From an uncultured Planctomycetales bacterium (lineage in GTDB: Bacteria; Omnitrophota; Gorgyraeia; Zapsychrales; JAHFFX01): a stretch of DNA of 57,876 nt. The notes beneath the pieces were generated by a model. It worked only from the letters and a program-made list of their open reading frames with translations, did not search any database and had not been told where the DNA came from. The translations under genes were made by a program, and so were the position numbers. Position 1 is the first letter of the stretch; every line of letters starts with the position of its first letter. Below, piece by piece: positions 45,752-55,847 of this stretch. Location: assembly GCA_964372915.1 (NCBI GenBank), contig CAYJRN010000007.1, positions 1 through 57,876 of the forward strand, written 5' to 3'.

Positions 45752-46092
45752 ATTGGCTCATCGTATTCTTCGTGTTGGTCTTGAGTGTCGCGTCTTATGG
45801 CGAAGAGAGTGTGTCCAAATATGAAGATCACGGCAAGCGCGATCCCTTCTGGCGGTTGGTCTCGCCGAGCGGCGCCATTCTCAGCCTCGATAACGATCTT
45901 TCGGCCACGGATATGGTCTTGGAAGGGGTCATTCAGGACCAGACGGGCAAGAATTTGGCTATCATCAATAGTGTGGTGGTCGCCCCTGGCGACAAGATAG
46001 GGTTGTTCGAGGTGACGAGCGTGGGAAAAGATGGCGTTACTTTGAGCAAGGGAGATGAAAAATTTGTGCTCAAATTAAAAAAGGAGCAATGA
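45748..46092 (+). CDS. pilP: PilP-like small periplasmic protein
   Basis: Signal peptide, RDPF motif, a small beta-domain, and position directly upstream of the secretin gene. Confidence 0.6.
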   Translation: MNWLIVFFVLVLSVASYGEESVSKYEDHGKRDPFWRLVSPSGAILSLDNDLSATDMVLEGVIQDQTGKNLAIINSVVVAPGDKIGLFEVTSVGKDGVTLSKGDEKFVLKLKKEQ

Positions 46093-46093
46093 T

Positions 46094-47497
46094 ATGGTGA
46101 AAAAATTTTCGATCGTATCAATCATAATAATTCTTTTTAATGCTCCTGGTTCTTTTGCTCAACACCCCTCGGGCGGTGACATCCCGCAGCCGGCCGCGCC
46201 TCCTTTGGCCACGGCGGATTCTTTAGATAATTCTTCTAAACCGATACAGCAAGACGGTGCAGTCAATAAAGAAGGTCTTGTTAATCTGGATTTTCGGGAG
46301 GCGGATATCCGCAATGTCTTGCGCATTCTGACTTATAAAAGCGGCGTTAACATCGTAGCGGGTCCGGAGGTCGTGGGGCTGGTGACAATTCAGCTCAATG
46401 ACGTGCCTTGGCTGCAGGCTTTGGATGTCATCCTTTCCACGCATGGTTATGGATATGACCGTAAAGGTAATATTATCACCGTTACAACAATTGAGAATCT
46501 GAAGAAAAGAAGAGAAGACGCTCAGCTCTTGGCCGATCAGGAGCCTTTGAGCACCAAGACCTATACCTTAAACTATGCTAAGGCCTCGGAAGCCACTACT
46601 TCTCTAGACAAGATCAGGTCATTGCGCGGAAGTGTTAACTTTGACGAGCGCACCAATTCACTCATCATAAGAGACATTCCCGCAAATTTGGAATTGATCG
46701 AGGGTGTCATCGAAAAGTTGGACGCAACGACGCCCCAAGTCTTGATCGAGGCGAAGATTGTCGAAACGAATTTGACCAATCAAGAGAATTTGGGTGTTGA
46801 TTGGGTGGTGAAGGCATCGACTGTGGGAAGCAAAAGACCGACCACTTGGCCTTTTACTAGGCGTTCGAACAACAAATTTGTTCCGGATAATATCCCCGCA
46901 GATACTACCGCGACGGATTTTAGTTATGGGACTCTTAATTTTTCTCAGGTTCAGGCGGTTCTGGAATTACTGCGTTCCCGGACCGATACCAACATCCTTT
47001 CCAACCCTAGGATCGTGACGCTGGACAATCAGAAGGCGAGTATTGTGGTGGGGAGCCAATATCCGATCCCGACCTATACCTATAATGAGGAACAGGCCAG
47101 GCTTCAGGTCTCGGGATGGGAATACATGGATATTGGTATCATTTTTGAGGTGACGCCGCACGTGAATAATGCCGGTATGGTCACGCTCGAAGTCCAACCA
47201 AAGGTGACGGACATTTTGGATTTTGTCACGGTGGAAAACACCTCCTTGCCCCGGTTAAGCAATGAGTCGGCGAGTACGAAGGTTTTAATTAAAAATGGAG
47301 AGACCTTGGTGATCGCGGGTTTGATCAAGGATAAAACGTCGGATATTAAGAAAAAAATTCCGATTATTGGTGATATCCCCATCCTGGGTCTCGCTTTTCA
47401 GAAATCCGAAAAGGCCGTGACCAAGACCGACTTGTTGATATTCGTCACTCCGCACATCATTACCCCGGAAACGCATGAAGACCTCGTTGAAAAATAA
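46094..47497 (+). CDS. pilQ: type IV pilus secretin PilQ (short form, no AMIN domains seen)
   Basis: Signal peptide, N0 domain (VNLDFREADIRNVLRIL), and secretin C-domain (IPIIGDIPILGLAFQ...DLLIFVTPHII). Confidence 0.85.
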   Translation: MVKKFSIVSIIIILFNAPGSFAQHPSGGDIPQPAAPPLATADSLDNSSKPIQQDGAVNKEGLVNLDFREADIRNVLRILTYKSGVNIVAGPEVVGLVTIQLNDVPWLQALDVILSTHGYGYDRKGNIITVTTIENLKKRREDAQLLADQEPLSTKTYTLNYAKASEATTSLDKIRSLRGSVNFDERTNSLIIRDIPANLELIEGVIEKLDATTPQVLIEAKIVETNLTNQENLGVDWVVKASTVGSKRPTTWPFTRRSNNKFVPDNIPADTTATDFSYGTLNFSQVQAVLELLRSRTDTNILSNPRIVTLDNQKASIVVGSQYPIPTYTYNEEQARLQVSGWEYMDIGIIFEVTPHVNNAGMVTLEVQPKVTDILDFVTVENTSLPRLSNESASTKVLIKNGETLVIAGLIKDKTSDIKKKIPIIGDIPILGLAFQKSEKAVTKTDLLIFVTPHIITPETHEDLVEK

Positions 47498-47543
47498 AAC
47501 GGGCGAATTCAATCCGATCATAAAAATTTAAGGCAGGTGTTAT

Positions 47544-48887
47544 TTGTCACAAGAGATTCTGATTCATATTCAAGCCAGTGAGCGACGAGTCGCTATTATC
47601 GAAGACGGAAAGATTGACGATTTTTATATTGAGGTCGACCGTTATCAACCCATCCTTGGCAACATCTATAAAGGCAAGGTGGAATCCATTCTCCCGTCCA
47701 TTAACGGCGCCTTCGTTGATATTGGGCAGGAGAGAAACGGCTTTTTGTATTTAACGGATGTGACCAATCCTCTTTCGGAAGAAGAAATTTCCGGCCCCCG
47801 AAAATTCCTCGATAAACTTCTTAATAAGAACCCTAAACCTGAAGAGAAAAAAGATCAAGGTTATCCTCATCACGGTCAACGCCATCAGCGCGGTCATCAC
47901 AACCGCGTTGTGCCTTTTACTAAGGGTCAGGAAATTTTGGTTCAGGTGGTCAAGGAACCCTTTGGAGGCAAGGGGGCGCGTTTAACGACACATGTCTCCT
48001 TGGCGGGACGATTTGTCGTCTATATGCCGTACGACAAGCAGCAGGGAGTCTCAAAGAAAATTGAAGACAACGAAGAGCGCCAGCGCCTCAAGGATGTTTT
48101 GAAGGATTTTAATTTCGCCAAGACCGGCGGGTTCATCGTTCGCACGGCGTCTTTCAATCAGGGGAAACGCGAACTCATCCGCGACGCCAAATTCCTCTCT
48201 AAAATCTGGCACAAGATTAAGAAACTCTCGGAAACCAAGACCGCTCCGGCCCTCATCTATAAGGAATACGACCTCATTTGGAAAGTTGTGCGCGATCTTT
48301 TGACGGAAAAGGTGGACAAGCTCATCATTGATTCGCAAGAAGAGTATATCAAGATGCGCAAGTTTGTGAACACCTTAATTGGCCGTGAAATGGTCAATAA
48401 AATTCATTTGTACAAGGATCCTACGCCGCTTTTTGAAGCGAAAAACGTTTCCCACGAGCTCAATAAGATTTACGACCCGCGGGTATTCTTAAAAAGCGGC
48501 GCTCACATTGTGATCGAACCCACCGAAGCCTTGACGGTTGTCGACGTTAATAGCGGCAAGTTCAAGACCAAAGCATCGCCGGAAGAGGCGGCTTTTATGG
48601 TGAACATGGAGGCCGCGCCCGAGATCGCCCGGCAGTTGCGTTTACGGGATTTAGGTGGTATCATTGTCATCGATTTTATCGATATGTCGCGGGATGATCA
48701 CAAGCGCAAGGTTATCGCGGCGCTTGAGGAGGCTCTCGCCAAAGATCATGCCAAAACAGAGGTCAACCGTATTTCGCCTTTAGGGCTTGTGGAGATGACT
48801 CGCGCGCGAGCCGGTAAAACCATCGAGGCTATCACTTTTGACAGCTGTCCGTATTGTGACGGCAGGGGAAGAGTGAAGATCACTTGA
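47544..48887 (+). CDS. rng: ribonuclease G/E family endoribonuclease
   Basis: S1 domain (GNIYKGKVESILPSINGAFVDIG), VVDVNSGKF, GGIIVIDFIDM. TTG start. Contains a His/Gln-rich insertion. Confidence 0.85.
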   Translation: MSQEILIHIQASERRVAIIEDGKIDDFYIEVDRYQPILGNIYKGKVESILPSINGAFVDIGQERNGFLYLTDVTNPLSEEEISGPRKFLDKLLNKNPKPEEKKDQGYPHHGQRHQRGHHNRVVPFTKGQEILVQVVKEPFGGKGARLTTHVSLAGRFVVYMPYDKQQGVSKKIEDNEERQRLKDVLKDFNFAKTGGFIVRTASFNQGKRELIRDAKFLSKIWHKIKKLSETKTAPALIYKEYDLIWKVVRDLLTEKVDKLIIDSQEEYIKMRKFVNTLIGREMVNKIHLYKDPTPLFEAKNVSHELNKIYDPRVFLKSGAHIVIEPTEALTVVDVNSGKFKTKASPEEAAFMVNMEAAPEIARQLRLRDLGGIIVIDFIDMSRDDHKRKVIAALEEALAKDHAKTEVNRISPLGLVEMTRARAGKTIEAITFDSCPYCDGRGRVKIT

Positions 48888-48967
48888 TTTTTAAGGTAAA
48901 TTCCGTACGCACTTTTTCCTTAAATCTTTTTAGATGAAAAGTGCTACGTCATTTAAGGAGACAGACA

Positions 48968-49282
48968 ATGTACGCCGTTGTGGAATTAGGTTCATTACAA
49001 TTCAAGGTCACCGAAGGTGATGTCATTGATGCCCAGCTCATTGACAAAAAAGAGGATTCCAGTATCACGCTTGATAAGGTGTTGATGCTTATCGACGGCC
49101 AAAATGTCAGAGTCGGCCAACCGTATTTGCATGATGTCCGTGTGACCGCCAAGATCCTTAAGCAGCATCTGGATGATAAGGTCTTGTCGTTCAAGTACCA
49201 ACGCCGCAAGAATAATAATTGGAGAAAAGGACACCGGCAGAAACTCACATCTTTAAGCATCACAAAAATTTCCGCCGGTTAA
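48968..49282 (+). CDS. rplU: 50S ribosomal protein L21
   Basis: MYAVVELGSLQFKVTEGD... with an AAGGAG RBS. The track ORF starts earlier at a non-ATG codon. Confidence 0.9.
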   Translation: MYAVVELGSLQFKVTEGDVIDAQLIDKKEDSSITLDKVLMLIDGQNVRVGQPYLHDVRVTAKILKQHLDDKVLSFKYQRRKNNNWRKGHRQKLTSLSITKISAG

Positions 49283-49291
49283 ACCTAGTCT

Positions 49292-50284
49292 ATGATTTTT
49301 GTCGATGAAGCCCGCATCTATCTGAAAGCGGGGGACGGTGGAAAAGGTTGCGAGAGCTTCTATTCGGACAAGCTGACCCGTTACCCCAGGCCCGACGGCG
49401 GCAACGGCGGCAACGGCGGGAACATCAGCTTCGTGGCCGATGAGCGGATTCAAACCCTCCTCGATTACCGTTTCAAGCAGCATTACAAGTCTGAACGCGG
49501 CGGGCACGCTTCTTCCAAAGGTAAGAGAGGTAAAGATGGAAAAGATCTTTTTTTAAAAGTTCCTCTTGGAACTCTTATCTGGGACGAAGACACCAGGCTT
49601 CTTATTAAGGACTTGATCGTTGCCGACCAATCGGTCCTGGTGGTTAAAGGGGGCCGCGGCGGTCGCGGCAACATGCACAATCGCGAAGTTATTCCTCCGG
49701 GACTAGGCGAAGAGCGGGTTGTGCGGCTTGAGCTTAAGATCATCGCCGATGTCGGGATCCTCGGCTTTCCCAACGCCGGCAAATCCACCATCATCTCCAA
49801 CATTTCCAAGGTCAAATCGAAAATAGCGAATTACCATTTCACAACCAAGCAGCCGATTCTTGGTATCGTGAAGGGAGAGGATTTTGATTTTGTCGTGGCC
49901 GACTTACCCGGTTTGATTGAAGGCGCCCATGAAGGAAAAGGTCTGGGAGATCGGTTTCTTAAACACGCCGAGCGCACCAAAATCTTGATGCACGTCATTG
50001 ATATGGCCGGTTCGGAAGGGCGTGATCCTTTGGAGGATTATGAGAAGATCAATCACGAATTGGAATCCTATAGCGATAAACTTTCGTTTAAGCACCGGAT
50101 CATCGTTGCCAACAAGATGGACTTGGCTGAAAGCGAAAAAAATCTTAAAAGGTTTAAAAGAAAATTCAAAGTGAAAGTCTTGCCGGTCTGTGCCCTTGAG
50201 AAAAAAGGGTTGGATGAGCTGGTGGAGCATCTCAGAGAAATTCTATGCAAAGAACGTTCCCTCGCGCCATTAAGCGTATCGTGA
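49292..50284 (+). CDS. obg: GTPase Obg/CgtA
   Basis: FVDEARIYLKAGDGGKGC, Gly-rich Obg fold, G1 GFPNAGKST, DLPGLIEGA. Confidence 0.9.
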   Translation: MIFVDEARIYLKAGDGGKGCESFYSDKLTRYPRPDGGNGGNGGNISFVADERIQTLLDYRFKQHYKSERGGHASSKGKRGKDGKDLFLKVPLGTLIWDEDTRLLIKDLIVADQSVLVVKGGRGGRGNMHNREVIPPGLGEERVVRLELKIIADVGILGFPNAGKSTIISNISKVKSKIANYHFTTKQPILGIVKGEDFDFVVADLPGLIEGAHEGKGLGDRFLKHAERTKILMHVIDMAGSEGRDPLEDYEKINHELESYSDKLSFKHRIIVANKMDLAESEKNLKRFKRKFKVKVLPVCALEKKGLDELVEHLREILCKERSLAPLSVS

Positions 50285-51333
50285 TCAAGGTGGGCACGAG
50301 CGTCATCGCAACCTACGCGATGAAGCCCAAGACCGCCCATTTGGAGTCCTTGATTGGTCAAATCAGTCGTCTGACTAAAGACGGCATTGAGGTCGTGTTG
50401 GTCAGCTCCGGGGCGATTGTCTTGGGGATGGGAGAACTCAATGAGTCTGTCCGTCCTAGCGATGTCGCATCTTTACAGGCGCTGGCCGCCATTGGCCAGA
50501 CGGTTTTGATGAAAACCTATAGCGAACTTTTCAAGGCCAAGCATACCTTGTGCGCGCAGGTGCTGCTCACCTGGGATGATTTTGATAACCGCGAGCGCTA
50601 TAACAACGCTCATCACACTTTTGATGCGATTCTAAAAAGAGGCGTTGTTCCCATCGTGAATGAAAACGATACGATCTCGACGGATGAAATCAAATTCGGC
50701 GACAACGACAGACTTTCGGCGCTGGTCGCGAGTTTGATTGGAGCGGATCTTTTGGTGATCCTCTCCGACGTGGAAGGTTTGTATGAAATCAAGAATGGTC
50801 AGAAAAAGATTTTTGAGGAGATTAAAGAGATCACGCGCGAAATCGAAGGAATGGCTTACGGGACTAACAAGAAAAATACCTCCAGAGGCGGGATGATCAC
50901 TAAACTCGATGCCGTTAAGATCGCCACGCACGCCAATATTCCTTGCATCATCGCTAATGGCGAAACGCCCAACATCTTGCCAAGGATTTTGAAGGGGGAG
51001 CGTATTGGGACATTTTTCGTCGAGAAAGAAGAGAAGCTCCTGGCTCGCAAACACTGGATTTCTTTCGGCGCTAAACCCAAAGGCAAGATTGTCGTGGATC
51101 ATGGCGCCCGGGATGCGCTTTTAAAAGGCGGACGGAGCTTACTTCTGCCCGGCGTAGTCTCCTGGGAGGGGCATTTTAAAGCGGATGATGTTGTGATTGT
51201 CTGCGATGCGGATGATCAGGAGATTGCCCGGGGCATCAGCAATTATTCCATCGCCGATCTGCATAAAATTGAAGATAAAAAAGGCAAACGGGAATTGATC
51301 CATTACGATTCCTTGGTGCTATGCAAACGCTAA
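50245..51333 (+). CDS. proB: glutamate 5-kinase (with PUA domain)
   Basis: RIVIKVGTSVI, VSSGAI, NENDT, and a C-terminal PUA-like domain (GKIVVDHGA...GISNYS). Confidence 0.85.
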   Translation: MQRTFPRAIKRIVIKVGTSVIATYAMKPKTAHLESLIGQISRLTKDGIEVVLVSSGAIVLGMGELNESVRPSDVASLQALAAIGQTVLMKTYSELFKAKHTLCAQVLLTWDDFDNRERYNNAHHTFDAILKRGVVPIVNENDTISTDEIKFGDNDRLSALVASLIGADLLVILSDVEGLYEIKNGQKKIFEEIKEITREIEGMAYGTNKKNTSRGGMITKLDAVKIATHANIPCIIANGETPNILPRILKGERIGTFFVEKEEKLLARKHWISFGAKPKGKIVVDHGARDALLKGGRSLLLPGVVSWEGHFKADDVVIVCDADDQEIARGISNYSIADLHKIEDKKGKRELIHYDSLVLCKR

Positions 51334-51336
51334 ACC

Positions 51337-52596
51337 ATGAATCTGAAAACTGAAATTCTTAAAATGGCGCAAGGCGCCCAAAAAGCTTCCTACGACATGG
51401 CCCTTGTCGCCACGGAAGAAAAGAACGCTGCCTTGAAGGCCATGGCCGGGGCCTTACTTCATCACAAAGAGTATTTAAAAAGCGCGAATGAGAAGGACTT
51501 AAAAGCCGCCCGTAAAAGTCACTATTCCAAAGCGCTCGTCGATCGGTTGACATTATCCGATAAAATCCTTAAGGAAATGGCTGAGTCGCTTCAGGCAACG
51601 GCTGCGCTTAAAGATCCAGTCGGCGAAATCTTGAGCACGATCAAACGACCCAATGGCCTTTTGATCAATAAAGTCCGCGTGCCCATTGGGGTCGTGGGAA
51701 TTATTTATGAGTCTCGTCCTAACGTAACCAGCGATTGCATCGGTCTGTGCCTCAAGTCAGGAAACGCCGCGATTCTTAAAGGCGGCAGGGAAGCCGTCTT
51801 CTCTAATCGTGCGGTCTTCAAGGTGATTCGAGAAGCACTGAGGGGCACGAAGATTCCTTTAGAGGCCATCAATTTTATTTCCTCGGCCGACCGCCAGGCG
51901 GTGCGTTATCTTCTGGAATTGAAAAATTACGTGGATTTGATTGTCCCCCGTGGCGGGGATGCCTTGATCGGTTTTGTCGTGGAAAACACGAAGATTCCGG
52001 TGGTTAAGCATGACAAAGGCATTTGTCACACCTACGTGAGCGAACATGCGGACCTGAATATGGCGCACCATATTTGTTATAACGCTAAGGTGCAGAAACC
52101 CGGGGTGTGCAATGCCATGGAAACGCTTCTTGTGCATCGCGAGGTGGCCCCCCGATTCTTACCCAGCATGATCGATGCCTACAAAAAGGCGGGCGTTCAA
52201 ATCCGCGGCGATGAAACGACCCGCCGGATTGTTAAATCAGGGATTAAGAAAGCGACATCCAAAGATTGGGACACCGAATATCTGGATCTGATCCTTTCGG
52301 TCAAGGTCATCGACAGTCTTAAGGGAGCCATTGATCATATCAACACGCACGGAAGCCATCATTCCGATGCCATTGTCACCGGTGACAAGAGCGAAGCGGA
52401 ACGATTCTTAAAGAGCGTTGATTCCGCCTGCCTGTATGTCAATGCCTCAACGAGATTCACGGACGGTTCCCAGTTCGGGATGGGCGCTGAGATCGGCATC
52501 AGCACCGACAAACTCCATGCCCGCGGGCCCATGGCCTTGGAGGGATTGACGACCTACAAGTACACGATTTTTGGGGAAGGGCAAATCAGACAGTGA
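51337..52596 (+). CDS. proA: glutamate-5-semialdehyde dehydrogenase
   Basis: IYESRPNVT, CNAMETLLVH, HGSHHSDAIVT. Confidence 0.9.
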   Translation: MNLKTEILKMAQGAQKASYDMALVATEEKNAALKAMAGALLHHKEYLKSANEKDLKAARKSHYSKALVDRLTLSDKILKEMAESLQATAALKDPVGEILSTIKRPNGLLINKVRVPIGVVGIIYESRPNVTSDCIGLCLKSGNAAILKGGREAVFSNRAVFKVIREALRGTKIPLEAINFISSADRQAVRYLLELKNYVDLIVPRGGDALIGFVVENTKIPVVKHDKGICHTYVSEHADLNMAHHICYNAKVQKPGVCNAMETLLVHREVAPRFLPSMIDAYKKAGVQIRGDETTRRIVKSGIKKATSKDWDTEYLDLILSVKVIDSLKGAIDHINTHGSHHSDAIVTGDKSEAERFLKSVDSACLYVNASTRFTDGSQFGMGAEIGISTDKLHARGPMALEGLTTYKYTIFGEGQIRQ

Positions 52597-53225
52597 AGCA
52601 TCTTTACTCAAGCCGTACGCAACGTATCGGAATTCTAGGAGGAACCTTCGATCCAATTCACATTGGGCATCTGGTCATGGCCCAGGCGGCGCTGGAGGGG
52701 ATGCGTTTGAAGGAAATCATCTTTGTGCCTTCACATCTTCCTCCGCATAAGAATTCGAAGGATGTAACGCCGGCTCACGATCGGTTGCAGATGGTCACCC
52801 GCGCGATCAAAGACAATCCTTCGTTTAAGGTTTCGGATTTTGAAGTGAAGAAAGAAGGCAGGTCTTATTCGATCGACACGGTCCAGCATTTCAAAGGACT
52901 CTATCATTCTCAGACAAAATTATTTTTTATCGTCGGACAGGATGCGTTTGGGGGCTTAGGGCAATGGAAGGATATCAACGGAATCTTAAAACTCGTCGAT
53001 TTCGTCGTAGTCAACCGCCCGGGCTGTAAAGAAAGGCAGGGAGGCATTAAACATCATTCGGTCTTGATGCCTGGCATCGACATTTCCTCTTCGGAAGTAA
53101 GGCAGCAGGCGGCGCAGGGCAATTTGATTAGTTACTTGGTTCCCAAGAGTGTCGCGGAATATATAGAGAAAAGAGGCCTGTATCAAAATAAACTCGAACA
53201 ACGAAAAGGGAAGGTAAGGCAATGA
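52593..53225 (+). CDS. nadD: nicotinate-nucleotide adenylyltransferase
   Basis: GILGGTFDPIHIGH and ISSSEVR. The GTG start overlaps the proA stop. Confidence 0.85.
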   Translation: MKHLYSSRTQRIGILGGTFDPIHIGHLVMAQAALEGMRLKEIIFVPSHLPPHKNSKDVTPAHDRLQMVTRAIKDNPSFKVSDFEVKKEGRSYSIDTVQHFKGLYHSQTKLFFIVGQDAFGGLGQWKDINGILKLVDFVVVNRPGCKERQGGIKHHSVLMPGIDISSSEVRQQAAQGNLISYLVPKSVAEYIEKRGLYQNKLEQRKGKVRQ

Positions 53226-54652
53226 CGGCGGCAAGAAACAACGAGATCAAGTTCGGAACGGATGGCTGGAGAGCGGTCATTGCGGATACATTTACATTTA
53301 AGAATGTTGAAATTGTTGCCCAGGCCTTTAGCGATTGGGTCCGTCGGGATTTAGCCCCGGATTCCGATGGGGTGAAAAGGATCGCCATCGGTTATGACAC
53401 GCGTTTTTTATCTGCCGAGTTTGCGCAACTGGTCAGTTGTGTTTTAGCCGCCAATGGCATCGAGGCCTATCTTTCCGATTCCGCAATTCCGACGCCGGCT
53501 TTAAGCTATGGTGTCACACGCGTGAAAGGTTTGGCCGGCATCATGATCACTGCCAGTCACAATCCTTACAAGTTTAATGGTTTCAAAATCAAAACGGCTC
53601 AAGGGGGAGGCGCTTCCAAAGACATTACCGATAAGGTGGAGAGTTATCTCGATAACTCTTTGGTACAAAAGAGCGATTTTCATCGGGCCAAGGCCGAGAA
53701 AAAGATCGTCATCCACGATTACAAAACGGATTATCTTAAATTTATCAAAAGTTATATCGACCTTAAGAAGATCAAGGGCGCCCGGTTCAAGGTTTTGACC
53801 GATGCGATGCACGGCTCCGGCAATGGCCTGATGGCCCAGGTCCTGAAAGGAAGCAAAATTGATCTGACCCTCATGCGCTCGGAAGTCAACCCTTGGTTTG
53901 ACGGCAAGAAGCCCGAGCCGGTCGTGGAATTCTTAGAAGGAATCCTCTCGCGCATGAGGAAAGAAAAATTCGATTTAGGATTGGTTTTGGACGGCGATGC
54001 CGACCGCGTCGCGGCCGTTGCGCCGGGCGGTAAATTCATTCACCCGCAAAAAATTTTCGGCCTTTTGATCTTGCACTTGGTGAGAAACCGCGGGCGTAAA
54101 GGCGGAGTGGTCAAAACCATTTGCGGTACGACGATGATTGACAACATCACAACAAAGTTGGGGCTCAAATTGTATGAAACGCCCGTCGGGTTCAAATACA
54201 TTTCTGATTTGATGGTCAGCGAATCTATCGTTGCCGGCGGCGAAGAGGCCGGTGGGATGGGTGTCCAGGATTTTATCCCGGAACGCGACGGGACGCTCGT
54301 GGGTCTACTTCTTCTTGAAATGATGGTCTATCAGAAGAAGAACATCAAGAAAATCGTGGAAGACATGGAAAGGGAATTTGGCCGCTATTACTACGAGCGG
54401 CTTGATCTTAAGCTTGGCGAAGGGTCTTTTGACATCAGTGAAGTCAAAAAGATCGACACTCTATTAGGGAAGAAGGTTGTGGGCTTGAAGGATTTTGATG
54501 GCGTGAAACTCATCTGTGAAGATGAATCGTGGCTGATGTTAAGGCCCTCAGGGACTGAACCGCTGATCAGAGCCTATTCCGAGGCCAAGACGCCTAAGCG
54601 GGCCAAAGATCTCATCAAATACGGCGAAACCTTGCTTAAAAAGAACAAATAA
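53222..54652 (+). CDS. alpha-D-phosphohexomutase (phosphoglucomutase/phosphomannomutase family)
   Basis: TASHNPYKFNG (active-site Ser), DGDADR (Mg site), GEEAGG. Confidence 0.85.
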   Translation: MTAARNNEIKFGTDGWRAVIADTFTFKNVEIVAQAFSDWVRRDLAPDSDGVKRIAIGYDTRFLSAEFAQLVSCVLAANGIEAYLSDSAIPTPALSYGVTRVKGLAGIMITASHNPYKFNGFKIKTAQGGGASKDITDKVESYLDNSLVQKSDFHRAKAEKKIVIHDYKTDYLKFIKSYIDLKKIKGARFKVLTDAMHGSGNGLMAQVLKGSKIDLTLMRSEVNPWFDGKKPEPVVEFLEGILSRMRKEKFDLGLVLDGDADRVAAVAPGGKFIHPQKIFGLLILHLVRNRGRKGGVVKTICGTTMIDNITTKLGLKLYETPVGFKYISDLMVSESIVAGGEEAGGMGVQDFIPERDGTLVGLLLLEMMVYQKKNIKKIVEDMEREFGRYYYERLDLKLGEGSFDISEVKKIDTLLGKKVVGLKDFDGVKLICEDESWLMLRPSGTEPLIRAYSEAKTPKRAKDLIKYGETLLKKNK

Positions 54653-55242
54653 TGTTCTACTGGGTTGGATATTTTTTTTGGTTGCTTGTCAGTACAATAT
54701 TTTTTCCTATTCATCCGATTGGCCGAGAGAACCTTCCCCGCAAAGGCGCTTTTATCCTAGCCAGCAATCACGAGAGCAACTTGGATCCGATGATTGTAGG
54801 GCTCTGCTGCTCCGTACGCCTAAGTTACATGGCCAAAAATTCCCTTTTTAAAAACAAGTTTTTTGCTTTTGTCTTGCATCACGTCGGAGCGTTTCCCGTC
54901 AAGAGAGACAAGTCCGATGTGGGGGCCATCAAAGAGGCCATGAAGAGATTAAAAGCGGGGTGTTCGCTTCTTCTGTTCCCGGAAGGAACGAGAAAAAAGA
55001 ATACGGCTGTCTCGGAGCCCTATCCGGGGATAGGGCTCATCGCCGTTAAAAGCGCCCTGCCGGTTATTCCTGTACATATTAACGGTTCTCAAGAAGTTTT
55101 GCCCCACGGAAGCGTGTTTCCCCGGCGCCATCGGGTCACAGTTATTTTTGGTAAACCTTGCAAATTTTCCCCAGATGCCTCCTACCATGAAATTTCCCAA
55201 ATGATCATGCGCGATATTCAAAATCTCGTCTATTCGCTTTAA
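54652..55242 (+). CDS. plsC: 1-acyl-sn-glycerol-3-phosphate acyltransferase
   Basis: NHESNLDP (HX4D) and FPEGTR motifs. Confidence 0.85.
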   Translation: MFYWVGYFFWLLVSTIFFPIHPIGRENLPRKGAFILASNHESNLDPMIVGLCCSVRLSYMAKNSLFKNKFFAFVLHHVGAFPVKRDKSDVGAIKEAMKRLKAGCSLLLFPEGTRKKNTAVSEPYPGIGLIAVKSALPVIPVHINGSQEVLPHGSVFPRRHRVTVIFGKPCKFSPDASYHEISQMIMRDIQNLVYSL

Positions 55243-55301
55243 AATTAGGAAACAAATAAATCTAATGGCGCGATTACCTTGGCTATGTTATATTAAATTC
55301 T

Positions 55302-55736
55302 ATGCAAAAGTCTATTAAAGGATTTTTAGCTTTTCCTTTAATTCTTTCTTTTCTTTTCGCTTCTGTCATTTGTTGTTGCCAGCTAAGCCATGCCGAGGCT
55401 GGGATTTCCCATCAAGAAGCTACGAAAAACACCCCGATTTTTTCCCGCAATAGCCATTGTGACCCTGGCGATTCTCAAGATCACCACTCGGCAGATCATC
55501 AGTCTGAGGGGCATACATGTGAATGCCCGAAATTACAGGGCACTTTAGCTAAGAATTTCGATATTGTCAAAGCAGCAGATATTGTTTTATATTCTTTCAA
55601 CCATCAGATCAGCTTAGACAAAATTTTCTTAGCTTTCGTCCCGGATAGTCATAATTTACTCGCCGGGTCTTCCCCTCCGAAACTTTCTTCAACCTCAATT
55701 CCTCTTTATATTAAAAATCCCACGTTACGCATCTAA
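55302..55736 (+). CDS. secreted Cys/His-rich hypothetical protein
   Basis: Signal peptide, then a cluster SHCDPGDSQDHHSADHQSEGHTCEC. AT-rich. Upstream of the DsbA-like and TolC-like genes. Confidence 0.45.
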   Translation: MQKSIKGFLAFPLILSFLFASVICCCQLSHAEAGISHQEATKNTPIFSRNSHCDPGDSQDHHSADHQSEGHTCECPKLQGTLAKNFDIVKAADIVLYSFNHQISLDKIFLAFVPDSHNLLAGSSPPKLSSTSIPLYIKNPTLRI

Positions 55737-55847
55737 TCTGTTTTTCCAACCAGAAGTTGCCTCTTTTTTTCAAATTTTAGTTTTTATTGTTAATTTTTTA
55801 AAATTGTTTTTTAAAACAAATAAATTTTATCTCTGAATGGCGGCAAA

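Noticed and set aside
47800-47910. His/Gln/Arg-rich insertion in RNase G (GYPHHGQRHQRGHHNR)
   Set aside because: It is a low-complexity insertion between the S1 and catalytic domains, and such linkers vary widely in the RNase E/G family. Not enough to suggest a new function.
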